A stretch of 64,000 nt of DNA from Octopus sinensis (GCF_006345805.1 NC_043010.1:30070001-30134000), one strand, 5' to 3'; shown: positions 23,901 through 37,773, counted from the stretch's first letter. The notes: a model not told the origin generated them from the sequence alone. Translations and numbers: made by a program.

Positions 23901-26368
23901 ATATCAGTTGAATAAAGTTAAAACATGGTCTGGTTTTCACGTTTTTTATTATGGTATTTTACCATTAAAAAATATATATTTTGGAATATTCATAAAGTTC
24001 ATAATATTTGTAATGCTCATAAAGTTGAATTAGCGCTTTCATACATTCGTAGTAATCATCAAATTTCAAAATGTATTTAATTGATAATTTTGAGTCGAAA
24101 TCCAACAGCTTCTATGGCTTACCTAAAATACATAAGTCAAAAGAAATTCAAAACGCCATAAAGGAACAAGGTAGTGAATATATAAAACTACTACAACCAA
24201 AAGATCTTAAACAAAAGACCCGTTATAGCAGGTTCAGCCTGTCCTACACATCGTCTGAGAAACCTCATTGACATTATCCTAAAACCATTATGCAGTCACA
24301 TACGCAGTTTCATTCGGGATGACATTGTTTTCCTATCACATGTGCCCAAAATTACAGAATCCAATTCATTGTTAGTTTTGATGTTACAAACTTATAGACG
24401 AATATTCCACATGATCTGGGAATTACTGCCATAAAATATTGGGTCGAGAGACAGAGAAGCGATCCCCAGTAGATTTGCTGTAACCTTCATTCTAGACGCG
24501 GTCAACCACATCTTCGAAAACAATACATTCCTTTTCAACGGAAAAAACCTATCTCTATATTCAAGACACAGCTATGGGGTCGTGATTTGCTCCAGTTTTC
24601 GCGAACTCAGTATTGGGATACTTGGAACAAAATCTACATAAAAAAATTGAAGAGAACTATGGCATGACCTTTAAAAGACATATAGAGGACACATGGAAAA
24701 GATACCTTGATGATTGATTCCTAATTTGGGCCAAACCCATAGAAAAACTGGAAGAATTCAGCACCCTCCTCAACAATCTACATCCTAGTCTAAAATTCAG
24801 AAGAGAAATGAGCAATACACAATTATCATTTCTAATGGTAATTAAAAACAACACAATCACAAGTGATACTTATTACAAAAGCACAGATACACGCAAGTAT
24901 CTATATTTTAAATCATGCCACCCAACACACACGAAGCGCAACATCCCGTACTGTCTAGCCAAGAAAATTTGTACTATAGTAGATGATCTAAATACCAGAA
25001 ATACACGACTTGTAGAACTCAAAGGATTTCTGCTCAAGCAAAATTACACTCTCCTACTTATAGAAAACTAGCAGTATTGCCCGGCGTTGCTCAGGTTTGT
25101 AAGGAAATAACTATATAAGCGTTTTTAGAGAGTTACTTCCCTTATATAAACCAAGCAAAAAATGCATTAAAAATGCGGAAAATGATAGTAAATTTTTTTT
25201 AAATCGTAGACTCATCGTAGATGCGCGTTAATACCCAGAAGGGCTCGATATGAATCATGACTATAAGATACCCGCTTTTGGTTAAACTGCACCGCAAAAT
25301 GTGGAAGTAGTTAGGAATCTAAATCGGAGTAGACAGACACACACACAACTTCAGTTTTATATATAAAGATAGCATACAACAAGCAAATGGGATAGCTATA
25401 GAACTTAGAAAAAGACTAACCCATCAATGGAACAAAATACCATTTCTAGTAACACACAATCCGCACCACCAAAAGATTTTTAACATCATCAAAACAAATG
25501 TGCCAATCATAAAACAAAATGAAAAATAAATAAAAAACATAACTAATAAAAAAACTTATCTTAAGCAAAAGGCAACCACATAACCTAAAGAAACTGTTAA
25601 CAAAGGCAAAATTCAACACGAAAAAGCAGGATAAAACACTTACAGTATCAAAGTGTAATGATAACAGATGTGGAACGTGTCAATAGAAACATACTGGTAG
25701 ATCAATAGAACAAAAAATGGACAGATTTTCGCAAATGCAGATATGAAATGCAAAAGCAGAAATTTGATCTGCTGCATTAAATGCCCAAATTGCGAGGAAC
25801 AATATATAAGCGAGTCAGGGAATACATTATCGGAACGCTCACGAGTCCACAGACAATAAATCCAGAACACCAATGTTCGCCAAATTCCACTGAGTGAACA
25901 TATAGAAAAATGTGGTCAGAGAATGTTTCTAATTTTTCCTTTCCACAAACTACACGACACAAGTGAGGTTTGAAGAAAGATAAAAGAAAACGGTTTATTA
26001 AAATGTTCAAACCTGTTCTGAACGGAAATAACAAATATATAATAACCAGTTAATGATGTGAATTAAAAAAATGTCTTTAACATATGAATATAAACAAATT
26101 ACAGAATATCAGTACGACCGGCATACTGTGACGTTGCATGCTGATTGGTTAAATTCCAAAAATTCAGCTTGTTGGAGTATTCTAAGAGGTACTACAATTG
26201 TCAAGAACTCGACTGTCAGTTAAATACATTTTGAAATCTGATGATTACTATGAACGTATAAAAGCGCTAATTGAACTTTATTAATATTACAAAATATTTT
26301 TTAATGTTAAAATACCATAATAAAAAGCATAAAAAGTAGACCTTGTTTTAACTTTATTCAACTGATAT
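23901..26368 (+). mobile_element. Penelope-like element (RT plus GIY-YIG, decayed) with inverted 5' pseudo-LTR and direct 3' pseudo-LTR
   Basis: FYGLPKIHK, FDVTNL*TNIPH, WKRYLDD, YYKSTDT..YLYFKSCHP, LICCIKCPNCEEQYIS; 23901-24083 is the reverse complement of 26217-26368; hammerhead at ~26235-26272 and 24028-24066. Confidence 0.9.
25068..25369 (-). mobile_element. Non-autonomous Helitron inserted into the PLE ORF
   Basis: TC...hairpin-CTAG on minus strand; removing it restores gaaaA|Tagc (I-E-N-S) with no TSD. Confidence 0.9.
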
Positions 26369-26372
26369 ACGC

Positions 26373-26473
<101 letters not shown>

Positions 26474-26564
26474 CCCACCCACCTACCTACCTACCTACCT
26501 ACCTACCTACCTACCAACCAACCAACCAACCAACCAACCTATCTCTCTCTCTCTCTTTGTATAT

Positions 26565-26606
<42 letters not shown>

Positions 26607-26609
<3 letters not shown>

Positions 26610-27836
26610 GGGTTGGACAAAATAATGGAAACACCTTAAAATTTCAAACAAATTAATTTTAATATGGGGCAGGACCGCCTTTGGCAGTAATTACAGCTTG
26701 AATTCTACGAGGTATGGACTCGTATAAAGTGTGAATTGTTTCCAAAGGAATTTTTGTCCATTCTTAAGCTAAAACAGTCTCCAAGTCTTATAGGGATGAT
26801 GGTGGAGGAGATCGACTCCATACTTGGTTTTCTAAAATTCACCATCTAGGGATTGTAGTGGCCAGATAAGATGTTCAGCTTCACTAGAATGTTCATCGCG
26901 CCATTCAGTAACAATTTTAGCTGTGTGAATTGGTGCATTATGATCCTGAAAGTTTGCATTCCCCCCCCGAAACAGTTCCGCAACAATAGGATGAATTTGA
27001 TCAGATAAAATACTGAAATAGTCTTGATATTAATTCTGCCATGAAGAGAAACCATTGGCCCGGCGGATTTACAAGATATAGCCCTTCCCCCAGAACATCA
27101 TAAATCCTCCCTCGTGTTTAACAGTTAGAAGAAGGCAGTCTGGGTCAAATGCTTGTCTTGGCTGTATCCACACGTATACTCGGCCGGTAGTCGGAAATAA
27201 GATGATGGATGATTCGTCCGAGAAAATAACATTCTTCAACTACTCTAGGGACCAATTCTGTAAGTTTTTACTCCACTCTAAACGCTTGGCAACGTTTGTT
27301 TTTGAAAGTAGTGGTTTTCTGATTGCAGCCCTCTCGTGAAATCCGGCTTTGTGCAGCTCCCGGCGAACGGTTTTTGTGGAAACTGGGTTCTCAAGATGGT
27401 CATTAAGCTCTTTCGTGATCCTTTCTAACAATTAGCGTAAGAGTCGGACGGCTCCTATCAGAAAGTTTTGGTTTTCTTCCGGAGTTTTGTTTCGACGAGG
27501 AGGTTTTTCCCGCTTTCTCAAAGGCTGTCATTCTTTTCGAGACAGTACTTCTTGAAACACCAAACATTTCGGTTATTTTTGTTACTCTAGCGCCTGCCTT
27601 ACGAGCACCAACAATTTGACCTATTTGAAAGTCCAATAGATCTGTAATTTTAATGAATTTTAATTACCTTTTTCTGATGATATCTGAAAAGAAGCAGCAA
27701 TTTTAGCATACATATTAAGCAACACTAATAATAAATAAAAAAACATAAAAATAAACAGGCTTTTGACAGTTTTATAGATATTTCAAAATTATGATGCTAC
27801 GATGCTAGGTGTTTCTATTATTTTGTCCAACCCCTG
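26607..27836 (-). mobile_element. Tc1-like transposon with both TIRs, defective transposase
   Basis: TIR caggggttggacaaaataatggaaacacct and its reverse complement, TA flanks; SGRKPKLSDR, VSTKTVRRELHKAGFHERAAIRKPLL, VIFSDESS. Confidence 0.92.
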
Positions 27837-27852
27837 TATGTATGTATATATA

Positions 27853-28031
27853 GCCACTACACGCATTTTTTCTCTCCTTGTTTCTCTCCTGGTTTCTTTC
27901 TGTGTTCCTTTCTGTGGAAGAGCGTAGGCTCGAAACGTTAAAGACTTTCAATTCCCGAGTGTTATACTAATACATCTGTTTATTTTCTACATCACTTGTC
28001 TTCCTCTTTTGTTTTTTTCGTGAATTCTCCC

Positions 28032-28032
<1 letters not shown>
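27853..28032 (+). mobile_element. Short PLE-type repeat with variant hammerhead
   Basis: cttt CTGTGGA a gagc-gtag-gctc GAAACGTT aaag; stem I covaries relative to the 2514 family. Confidence 0.65.
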
Positions 28033-28110
<78 letters not shown>

Positions 28111-28785
28111 ACACATACATACATACATACATACAAACACATGCACACACACACACATTTATGTATATATGCTTATATGTTATAATTAACAGATTTGGAC
28201 GGTAGTCTGCCATCCGTAACTGAATGCCAAATGCAAGAATCTTGTCCAGGTCTTGACTTTTCTAGGTTGCACTATGTGAATGCAGGTAAGGTATATAGTT
28301 CTGATGCTGTTGTTGTTGTTGTTGTTGCTGTCGTCGTCGTTGTCATCTTGTTGTTGCTGCTGCTTGTTGTTATGCAACAAGACGGGTAAGGGTGATTAGG
28401 TGATGGTCTAGAGCTTAGAGGCGGGAGACTCCAGACCTTGGGAAAAAACAAAAAAAACTTTGGTCGTCTTTTTGTAGTCGAGGGCTCTTCGTTGACGCCT
28501 GACACCACTGGGAGGTGGCCCTCGAAGTCGCTGGAAATGGAGATCTCCAGGTCCAAATTCTTGAGCAGCTGTTGCTGATGCCGTTAATCTTGATTCTGTT
28601 TTCAGCTTTTCAGAGAAGAAAAGCTTAAATGAGAATGGAGAGGATACACACACACACACACACACACACGCATGTACATAAAATATATAAAAAATATCTA
28701 TGCATACATATGTTTATGTATATGTATATATATTTATGTGTATGTATGTATATATATATATATTTCTCCTTCCGGTCTTTCAAAA

Positions 28786-29000
28786 TGTGACCTCATGTGT
28801 ACCAGTGTACCGTTGGCGATTTTTTTTTCCTCTGTCTTCCCTTCTCTGGATCTTTCCTTCTCCTATGTTTCCGACGAAGAGCTCCGCTCGAAACGTTAAA
28901 CCATCCTTCTTCCCTTCTTTCCTGAGCGTCCAATAACACTATATTTGTTCCACGTCCTTGCGTTGTTGTGTTTTTTTTGTTTTCTTGTTTGGATTAACTT
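28786..29000 (+). mobile_element. Copy of 2514-type hammerhead repeat
   Basis: High identity; gttt CCGACGA a gagc-tcc-gctc GAAACGTT aaac. Confidence 0.8.
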
Positions 29001-29344
29001 TATATATATTATATATATATACAAAATGGCACAAGAACGCAAAACATTCAAATAGACGATACAAAAAACACGGACGGGTCATTCGAAGCCCCTAATCTTC
29101 AGTCAAGAACCAGATCATCCTCGCAATTTTGATGCACACACTCGTTACTTGCTGAGTGTGGAACATGATCTATGAGACCGGTGTAGCTTGGAATGCAGAA
29201 GCTGATTTGTGCAGGGCTGAAGGTCTTAAACGCAGCAAGAAGGACAAGAAGTTGAGAGGTGAGTGGGTGGAAGGAACGTACTTGTAACAGCCATGAAACT
29301 AGTCAGCTCCGAAGAAAAGAACCTATTATAGACAAGTGAGACAA

Positions 29345-29860
29345 GTGAGACCATAACCCGTGGCTACTACATGGGATGTAGCCAGTCCACTTATGCATAC
29401 CTTTCCTTCTTGGGACACAAAACTCTACTTGTGAAGACCTGTTGAGGCAAGTGAGAATCGAAATCGATCAACATCAATGGAAATTGCAGCTGTGATACCA
29501 GTGCCGGTGGCACGTAAGAGAGCCATCTGAACGTGGCCGTTGCCAGCGCCGCCCCGACTGGCCTCGTGTCGGTGGCTCGTAAAAAGCACCATCTGTTCGT
29601 AGCCGTTGCCAGCCTCGCCTGGCCCCCGTGCCAGTGGCACGTAAAAAGCACCATCTGATCGTGGCCGTTGCCAGCCTCGTCTGGCATGTAAAAAGCACCC
29701 ACTACACTCACGGAGTGGTTGGTGTTAGGAAGAGCATCCAGCCGTAGAAACTCTGCCAGATCAGACCGGGCCTGGTGCAGCCTTCTGGCTTCCCAGACCC
29801 CAGTTGAACAGTCCAACCCATGCTAGCATGGAAAGCGGACAATGATGATGATGATGATGA
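29345..29860 (+). mobile_element. LINE 3'UTR/SINE tail with ~60-bp internal tandem repeats and (GAT)n tail
   Basis: Repeats of gtggcacgtaaaaagcaccatc...gccgttgccagc; ends aacccatgctagcatggaaagcggac(gat)n. Confidence 0.6.
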
Positions 29861-30117
29861 AATGGCAGAGACAGAGAGGAGACAGCACGCCTGTGAGTCA
29901 AAGACAGAATAGTGTTTGTCAGTGAGTGACTGCCAATCATTCGAGTGATCCTTTATTTTGGCTGTTCTCTAGCATGTCGGTGTGCATGGCTGCAGCACTG
30001 TCCAAGAAGTGAGAGCAATACTGAACTGTAGTTCTCACTCGAGCTTTGTAGAATATCAGCATCCATCCATCCATCCATCCATTCATCTCTCTCTCTCTAT
30101 CTATCTATCTATCTGTC

Positions 30118-30382
30118 ATTTATCTTGTTTCAGTCATTTGACTGAAGCCATGCTGGGACACTGCCTTGATGGGTTTCAGTGGAAGAAATCTACCCCAGTA
30201 CTGTTTTTTAAATCCTAGTAATTATTATATCGGTCTCCTTTGCCGAACCGCTATGTTACGGGGCACACCAACCGGTTGTCAAGCAGTAGTAAAGGAGACA
30301 CGCAGACATACAGATACAATGAGGCACACACACACACACGCATACATACATGACGGGCTTCTTTCAATTTCCGTCTACCAAA
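30118..30382 (-). mobile_element. CORE-type SINE fragment
   Basis: Similar to 11095-11375. Confidence 0.75.
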
Positions 30383-31996
30383 TCTATTTATCAGTCTGTC
30401 TGTCTGTATGTATGTATTTATATATGTATATATTTATTTATTAGTTAAGCCATAGGTATTTACACGAAAAAAATTATATTACTCAATACAAGAATAAAAT
30501 ATAAAATGATGCAATGTGTTTGTAACAATACATTGTAAATTAGTTTCATGCTCAGCTGTTGTTGCACACACTTTGTATACAAAGTGGTGGTATCTTCCTG
30601 TGTTTCAGGAAGTATTTGTCAGAGTGGTGACATTAAATGAAGTCGCAGATCTGGAATTTAAAGTTTGCTGATTTATTAAGGATTTTGAGGGCCAGAAAAT
30701 CTTCTGAGTTATAAATAACCCGTAAATTTGGCCCCATTTCTGTATGGCCTGCATCTTCTAAGGATGTTGCACATTATACTGAAGTCAGGAGTACATTTAT
30801 TTTAGCTCCAAAGATGACTCAGAATTTTTGTTGTTTTCCTCATTTCTATATTACTGAAAGTAGATTGACTGGAGTATAATCGTTTAAATATACGTCCGAC
30901 AATATTTAGTACAAGTATTCGAAGCAGCAAGGTTAACATAAAGGTGTCTGCATTTATTCTTAACAAGTTTCTGCTCGAGCGTGAGAGGCATACGCTGAAA
31001 GTTTTTGATTCGGAGAAAAAAAACCCTGTAGAGATATTATGTGTAAAAATACATCAAACAGAACTGCACTACACATGAATTCAGCAGACTATTACGGTGT
31101 TTCGACATCATTTTGTCTCTCCAGTAGCAAACATCTCATCGGTTATCTTGAGCTAGGCCGAGATTTTTTTCTCTATACAGAAAACAGCAAGCAATGCATT
31201 TGCTGGTGTGTACTGAGGCATGGTAAACTGGAATTAATTTAGTATAAGTTCTATGAGAGCAGATCTCATCCTAAACAGCAGTAATAACAATGTATTTTTA
31301 ACTTAGTAACACTTAAATTGATGACATACAGAAAAAAAAAACGTCCTTGAAAGTATAATTGAAAAATTTGCATCAAACCAACAAATATTGTAACCAATTG
31401 CAAGCAATAATGTTTAAACTTAAGGAATCCATGAAGCTTACCCATGCATTCCTTTACTTTTTAAAAGCTCTTTTATGTAAATATATTTTTAAATCTCTTT
31501 TATTTGAAATATATTTTAAGGCTCTTTTATTTAAAAATTATATTTAATAGCTCTTTTATTAAAAAAATACTTTAAAGATTCTTTTATTTAAAATATATTT
31601 TCATTACACGAATGTTCTGGTTATTGATCTTATAGTGTGCCTGCTGAAATTTCCTTTAAAGTGGTATAGGAAAGTAAATATATTAACAGATGGAGACATA
31701 CTGTTCCGGAAATCTACATCATTTAGTCAGGAATATATGTTTTGCTATCATGGAGACAACACTTTACAATTTAAGAATATTTACGTAAACTACACTTTGT
31801 GTTCTGATAAACAGGTTAGTAATTCCATTATATTATAATCATTAACTGCTAAGATGCTTTAAATAACTTCAGAGCTTTAGACACTAAGGTCAGTACTCGA
31901 CTGGTACTTTGTATCGACCCAGCAAAGATGAACGGTCAGTTTAATAGTAGCAGTATTTAGGCTCTATTATTATTATTATCATTATCATTATTTCAG

Positions 31997-32202
31997 GAAT
32001 GATGGACAATTTTCAAAAGTACTTGACCTGTCAGTGGAACGGGGCGCTTTGGTCTATTCGGAATAAAGCCTACAAACATGGTTATGTTTGAATCATGTGC
32101 AACTGGACTCGTTCAATGTCAGTGCTGAATTTGGAGATTTATGTCAGACAGTCGCTATCACATGCTAACCATCGACTCACCACTTCCCTTTGGCAAGAAA
32201 AA
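31997..32202 (+). pseudogene. Candidate degenerate exon of gene A (module 2, part 1)
   Basis: tatttcag acceptor and GTGAGT donor; 206 nt fits the phase 1 to 0 slot, but every frame has a stop; PLAT-like LDSFNVSAEFGDL sits in a shifted frame. Confidence 0.4.
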
Positions 32203-32525
32203 GTGAGTAGTCTTACGTTGTGTGGAGACTATGGCGAAAGAGGATGTATCAGATAAGTTTGAAAGAACTTGAGGCAAACTCTTTTCTCTTCGATCAATCC
32301 CACGTCAACTGTTTCATGTTACAACTGAAAGTGAGGAAAAAACGGAAGTGCCGCCGTCCATTAATTTATGAAAGATTGCTGAGAGGGGCCAAATCGATGT
32401 GGTTAAATGGGCCTACACAGTTGTAGGGTTGCGACAAGAACTAGTGGAAGGTACTTGTATTTTGATGTCTCAGATAAGCCGGGGATCTATGCGAGTAGGT
32501 TTTCTGAATTAGCCCCATGCGATTA

Positions 32526-32801
32526 TTATACCATTGAAAGGTTGTTGTGTCTTCTTTTGCATTCTTTGGGAATGGCTTTATCAAACAAGAGTTGATCCTT
32601 CGTACCTACATTTCTTCGTTTGCAACCTTTTTGCTCGTCTGGAAGTACGTTTTCATTTTCCAAGAAGAAACACATGCTTTCTGATAAAATACTTGTGAAT
32701 AACTTGCAAAGAATAGGAAGGCAAGAAGTAGGGCAGAAATTGTCAGTAGCTTTCCCTTTTGATGCATCCTTCAGATAAAGTACTGCCCGTCCAAGTGTCA
32801 T
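32526..32801 (-). mobile_element. R4/Dong RT fragment
   Basis: [19 protein letters not shown]...[23 protein letters not shown]. Confidence 0.85.
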
Positions 32802-33279
32802 CTATGAGGGTAATGACTTTGTATTGTTTAAAATTCTTCGTCTTCTTGATCGTCTGTTGACATGTATTGCACATCACTCTCGTAACTTTGTTGTTATTTA
32901 TATTGTTAAACATTGTTATATAGTGTATATTTATCACCGTTACATAGATACTCTAACGAGGACCTTAGGGAGGCGGTTAGTTTTTCTCCATCTGCAGCCC
33001 CTAAGCCCCTCAATTTTTGCTTAAAAGAAGGTGGCAGACGAGAATTGTTCGCCCGTTTAAAAGGACGGCCAGTCATCCGCACATCTGCCAAATCGTAAAA
33101 CTGAGTGTCACCACCGCCACCGTCACCACCACCGCCACCGTCACCGCCACCGTCACCGCCACCGTCACCGCCGCCGCCACCGCCGCAAATGTCAACCAAT
33201 ACAACAATGAGCAGGAAAATCAGGAAACATAAAAAAGAACTTTTTTTTACACATAGCACGTGCATATTCGGCCACTACC

Positions 33280-33950
33280 GCCATTAATGCCAACACAGTA
33301 GCGGAAACTGACAAAAATGACAAATCTTGATCTAACGGGTTCGTATCTGCAGTCTGGCAAACACAAGAACACAAAAATCTGTCGACAGCTGATTTAAGAA
33401 ATGAAAAATCCATATTAAAGAGAAATTGAAGAAGGGTAACTCTTAACACACCCGAAGCCATTGTGCAGGACTACTGAGCAACAATAACTTATAAAACAAT
33501 AGGAGTTAAAAGCCGTAGATTAGAACGAGCAACACAACAACAAATCGAAAAATGTCTACGTCCAGTGTAGGACACTAAAACCTATGTCGCAAGAGAGAAG
33601 AAATATGGTACTGTAGAGGTGAGGTCTGCCAGAGGAGGAAGCAAGGAAGCACTCCACTTTGACCCTAAAAATGAGAACTTTTTCCGGTATCCATATATCT
33701 GGGTCGTAGAGTTGTAAAAAATTTGAGACGTACCATCAGAAACAGACATCTGCTGGTTGGTAGCAGCTGTCCTCCTGGACAGAGAGGACAGAACAAACAT
33801 TCTACATGCACGGAAACTGCTTAAACAAAACTGACTAGGGCAAGGCTTAGAGCTGGATAAGTTTAGAAACGATTCCGGACATCATAAATTAACCTGTGTG
33901 GGGACACAAATCATCTAAATACCTTTTGCTCACAACAAAAGAGAGAAGTG
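33280..33950 (+). mobile_element. Decayed LINE ORF1-like fragment
   Basis: Ends in an NLCG-TNHLNTFC knuckle remnant (frameshifted), homologous to 56975-57310. Confidence 0.35.
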
Positions 33951-34067
33951 AGTCTTCCCTCACCTTTGCACGCACCACCACAATAATAACAAAAACAACT
34001 ACAACAACAACAGTAACAACAATAACAACATCAGCAGCAGCAGCAGCAGCAGCAGAAGCAGCAGCAT

Positions 34068-34106
<39 letters not shown>

Positions 34107-34107
34107 G

Positions 34108-34433
34108 TGGAGGCGCAATGGCCCAATGGTTAGGGCAGCGGACTCGCGGTAGGAGGATCGCGGTTCGATTTCCAGACCGGGCGTTGTGTGTGTTTATTGA
34201 GCGAAAACACCTAAAGCTCCACGAGGCTCCGGCAGGGGGTGGTGGCGACCCCTGTTGTACTCTTTCGCTCCAAGTTTCTCTCACTCTTTCTTCCTGTTTC
34301 TTGTCCCCGACTTCCTACGTAACTCAGTGTCGGTGGTTGACCTGCTTTCTCTTCTACGGGTCTTACGAATAGTAAAGGACCACGTTTCGGACTTCTCTCA
34401 TCTTGCGAGCTCTGGGACGAAGACCATTCGCTC
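34108..34433 (+). mobile_element. tRNA-derived SINE inserted in a (CAG/CAA)n tract
   Basis: tggcccaatgg A box and ggttcgattt B box; CAG repeats on both sides. Confidence 0.75.
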
Positions 34434-34445
34434 CACAGCAACAAT

Positions 34446-34507
<62 letters not shown>

Positions 34508-34749
34508 CAACAACAACAACAACAACTGCAACAGCACCAGCATAGACAGGTGACCACTACGATAGCAGCAACAACAATCACAACAGCAAACAAGAACAGC
34601 AGTGGAAGCAACAGCAACAAACAGAACAGCGAACTCACCAACATCTATGGCTTCTACATACCAACAGTAATAGTAGCCCTAAGAGCCGAAGGGGAAATTA
34701 AACACATAATGTGGAACGTTGTACCAGAGTGACCAATAACCCTGCAAGT

Positions 34750-36250
34750 GTTAAAGAGAAGCGTCAAAAGACAAGTTCATTAATGAAGCAAAAAATATAA
34801 AATATCTGTGGTCAGCGAATGAAAATAAAAGAAGGTTCGGGTAAGGAAAAGCAAAACATATATTCAACACGCGACGGCGTACTGATGTATGGCCAAGGGG
34901 TAGTGATACCTGATACTCTACAAAAAGGAACGTTGAAAGAATTCCATATTGGAATTCAGGGGGTCGCAAGGATGAAAGCGCTTATGTGCAGTTATGTTTA
35001 TTGACCAAAGATGGACAAGGAAGTCGAAAACGTAGTAAAAGGCTGCAGAAGATCTGCTCTGGCAGCAAAATTGCTTACTCAAAAATGGGAGTCTTGGCCA
35101 CAAGTAAAAAGTCCATCGACAAGACTACACACTGATTTCGTGGGTCCGTTAAATGGTTATTACTACTTAGTAGTAGTTGACAGTTTTACAAAATGACCGG
35201 AAATTGTTAAGTGCAAAAGACCAACCTCCTAAACGTTAACAAATGTTTTGCATGAATTATTCGCAAGATTTGTCACCACAAATGTGATTGTATCTGATAA
35301 TGGAACGCAATTTCTGTCCAGTGAATTTAGAAAATTCTACGAAATGTTCACGGTAGAACATAAAACGATAGCCCCTTACCATCCAAGATCAAATGAACAG
35401 GCAGGGCGTTTTGTGAATACCCTCAAAAGAGCTTTGAGAAAAGCAAACAAGGAAGTCACAGACGAAGTCGCTCTGCAGTAATTCCTAAGAGTATACAGGG
35501 TGATACCGAACCCCAGAACACCAGCAGGAAGCTCATCAGCTGAACTGATGTTCGTAAGGTAGGTGAAATCAGTTTTTGAAAAATTGTTACCTGGCGAGGG
35601 AAGAAAATGTACCAGGAAAGACAATCCCAAACTTTTCAAAATTGGTGATAAGGTGTCCATGTGGTCGTATAAAAATGGAAAACAATACTGGAAAGAAATA
35701 AAAATTACAAAGCACATAATAAAAATAATGTACGAAATAAAAGGCAGAAAAGCTACTGAAAAGGGCACAAACCAATGAAGAAGAGATTCATAGAAAATGA
35801 ACCGGAAGAACCTATGGAATGGCTGTAAGACACATTACAGGTGGTTGAATCCACGCGTACAAGTGGAAGAAAAAGGAAGAACAAATAGATGCCAAGAAGA
35901 AGAATATTAAGTTGAAAAAAAAAACACGCTAAGAAGGGAGGAGGCATGAATAAAATAAAATAAAATTACTTACTTCCCAAAGGAAAAAATGAAAAAAAGA
36001 CTAAATGTTGTAGTGAAAATGGTACACCCTTTCCCACAGGACAAATTGGTATAAAGTCAGATAGTCTGTCGTTGTAGGAGATCAGGGGCAGTAGAGTCGT
36101 TGTACGAGTTCTCAGTTGGAGTCAGTGTCACTTACGTGATACATACGAGTTCCAGTTACCGTCAAAGTAGACATTACAAAGACGTTGTCTTGTGGAGCAA
36201 TCAGTGATAGCACGACAGACGAGTCAAAAACAATACTGGCGACAAGAATA
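34750..36250 (+). mobile_element. Gypsy integrase fragment plus probable LTR
   Basis: H2C2 remnant, RLHTDFVGPLNGYYYLVVVDSFTK, VSDNGTQF, PYHPRSNEQAGRFV; TGTTG-starting LTR at ~36006 followed by tggcgacaag. Confidence 0.85.
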
Positions 36251-36718
36251 TTACAGTGCCGACGACACATACATGTAGACGATGATCCACATTATAATAA
36301 AAATGAAGTATGTGAAGTTAGCACATGCTGAACCACTACAGTTCATCAGGGGAACACTTTGTTGTATTTGCAACGCCCATGCAGAGGATTAACTACAATG
36401 GTAAAACGCACGTAGGGAATAAATGATATAAAACTTGTTTATCATAATTTCTCCTACATTTTCTACGTACATAACAACCGCTAATAACTACCGCGTACAG
36501 TAGTAACTAAATCACATTACTGGAAGTAGACTGGAAGAGTTTCACTTACATGTAGTGAAAGAACTATCTCAGTTGCTTTTTGTAGACATGTCTTTACTGA
36601 TTTAGTTATTGTTTTTTTTTCAATGATATTAATGATGAGGTTAAATTGTAAACTGGTAGTAATTACTGTAAATGTGAATAAACTCTTATAGTCTCTAAAT
36701 TTTACTGTCTCCCTCTAG

Positions 36719-36809
36719 GTTAACTTCACGTGTATCACAAAGGACTGGATTGAAAATTATAAAATGAAGTTGGTGAAAGGCAGTGATTATTGTTCTGCGG
36801 ATATGGTCC
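36719..36809 (+). CDS. Internal exon of gene A (module 2, part 2)
   Basis: ctccctctag acceptor, GTAAGT donor, 91 nt, phase 0 to 1 (same size and phase as 20463-20553): VNFTCITKDWIENYKMKLVKGSDYCSADMV. Confidence 0.6.
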
Positions 36810-37010
36810 GTAAGTATAGTTTTAAATGTGTCAGAGTCACAAGAGAGTTGGCTAGACTGGTGCTTTGAAATATTTGTTCCGGCACTCTGCATTCAAATTC
36901 TATTGAGGACTAGCTTATCATTTATCCATTCAAGGTCGACGAATAAAGTACCAATCAAGTACTGGGTCCAATTTCAAACACACACTCTCTCACCCGCTCA
37001 TATATATATA

Positions 37011-37065
<55 letters not shown>

Positions 37066-37208
37066 GAGAGAATCGAACCCAGGACTTGACTTGTACTTTA
37101 TTCATCGATCTGGAATGGACAAATGATAATGTGCTCAACAGAATTTGAACTCTGAGTGTAGAGAGCCAGAATAAATATCTCAAAGCATCAGTCTAGCAGA
37201 CGCTTTAA

Positions 37209-37265
<57 letters not shown>

Positions 37266-37639
37266 GACACATACACACACACACACCACACACACACACA
37301 CACACAAACTTATTAGTAGCCCTAATAATGTAAACATTATCGATGAGCCAGACTTACTGTATGTTTTTTTATTTATTTATGCGCTCATTAGTTGCGAGAT
37401 AGTATCAGAGGGGAAAATCCCTGAATACCTCGGACTAGGGGAGACAATGTGCTGATGTGCATTGGCTGCGAGATAGCGTCAGAAGGAAAACCCCTTTAAG
37501 ACGCCGAATGTTGAAAAACACTAAGTTTGTGAAACAAACGAAAGTAGTAGCAATTACCACATTTGGTAGGAGTTACATATATTTCTAAGATGGAAGAGTC
37601 CTACTCGTTCACGAAACTTTAAGTCATATGGAGCTGAGT

Positions 37640-37773
37640 CAGACTGTTACGTATGTATGTCATTATTCAGCTTATTTCAAGATTTCTTGCCAATAGAGAA
37701 AGAACCGGTTTCTAACCTAGATCCAAGGTTCCTTCATTGGAATTTCAACATCAACAACAGGCTATTTTTGTAA

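Noticed and set aside
28272-28665. GC-richer minus-strand ORFs
   Set aside because: No domain motif or splice pattern; probably an unclassified repeat fragment.
31181-31222. 42-nt phase 1-1 mini-exon candidate ENSKQCICWCVLRH in gene A
   Set aside because: Phase-compatible but the donor (gtaaac) is weak and it is too short to support without RNA data.
33105-33190. Proline-rich ORF (PPPSPPP)
   Set aside because: (CCA/CCG)n repeat without splice signals.
34108-34180. tRNA gene candidates (also 22640-22730, 11420-11493, 44207-44295)
   Set aside because: A/B boxes are present but the cloverleaf is incomplete and they run into SINE bodies.
37695-37745. Hammerhead-like ccaatga...gaaaccggtt on minus strand in the Dong 3' region
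   Set aside because: Two core mismatches and no convincing stem I.
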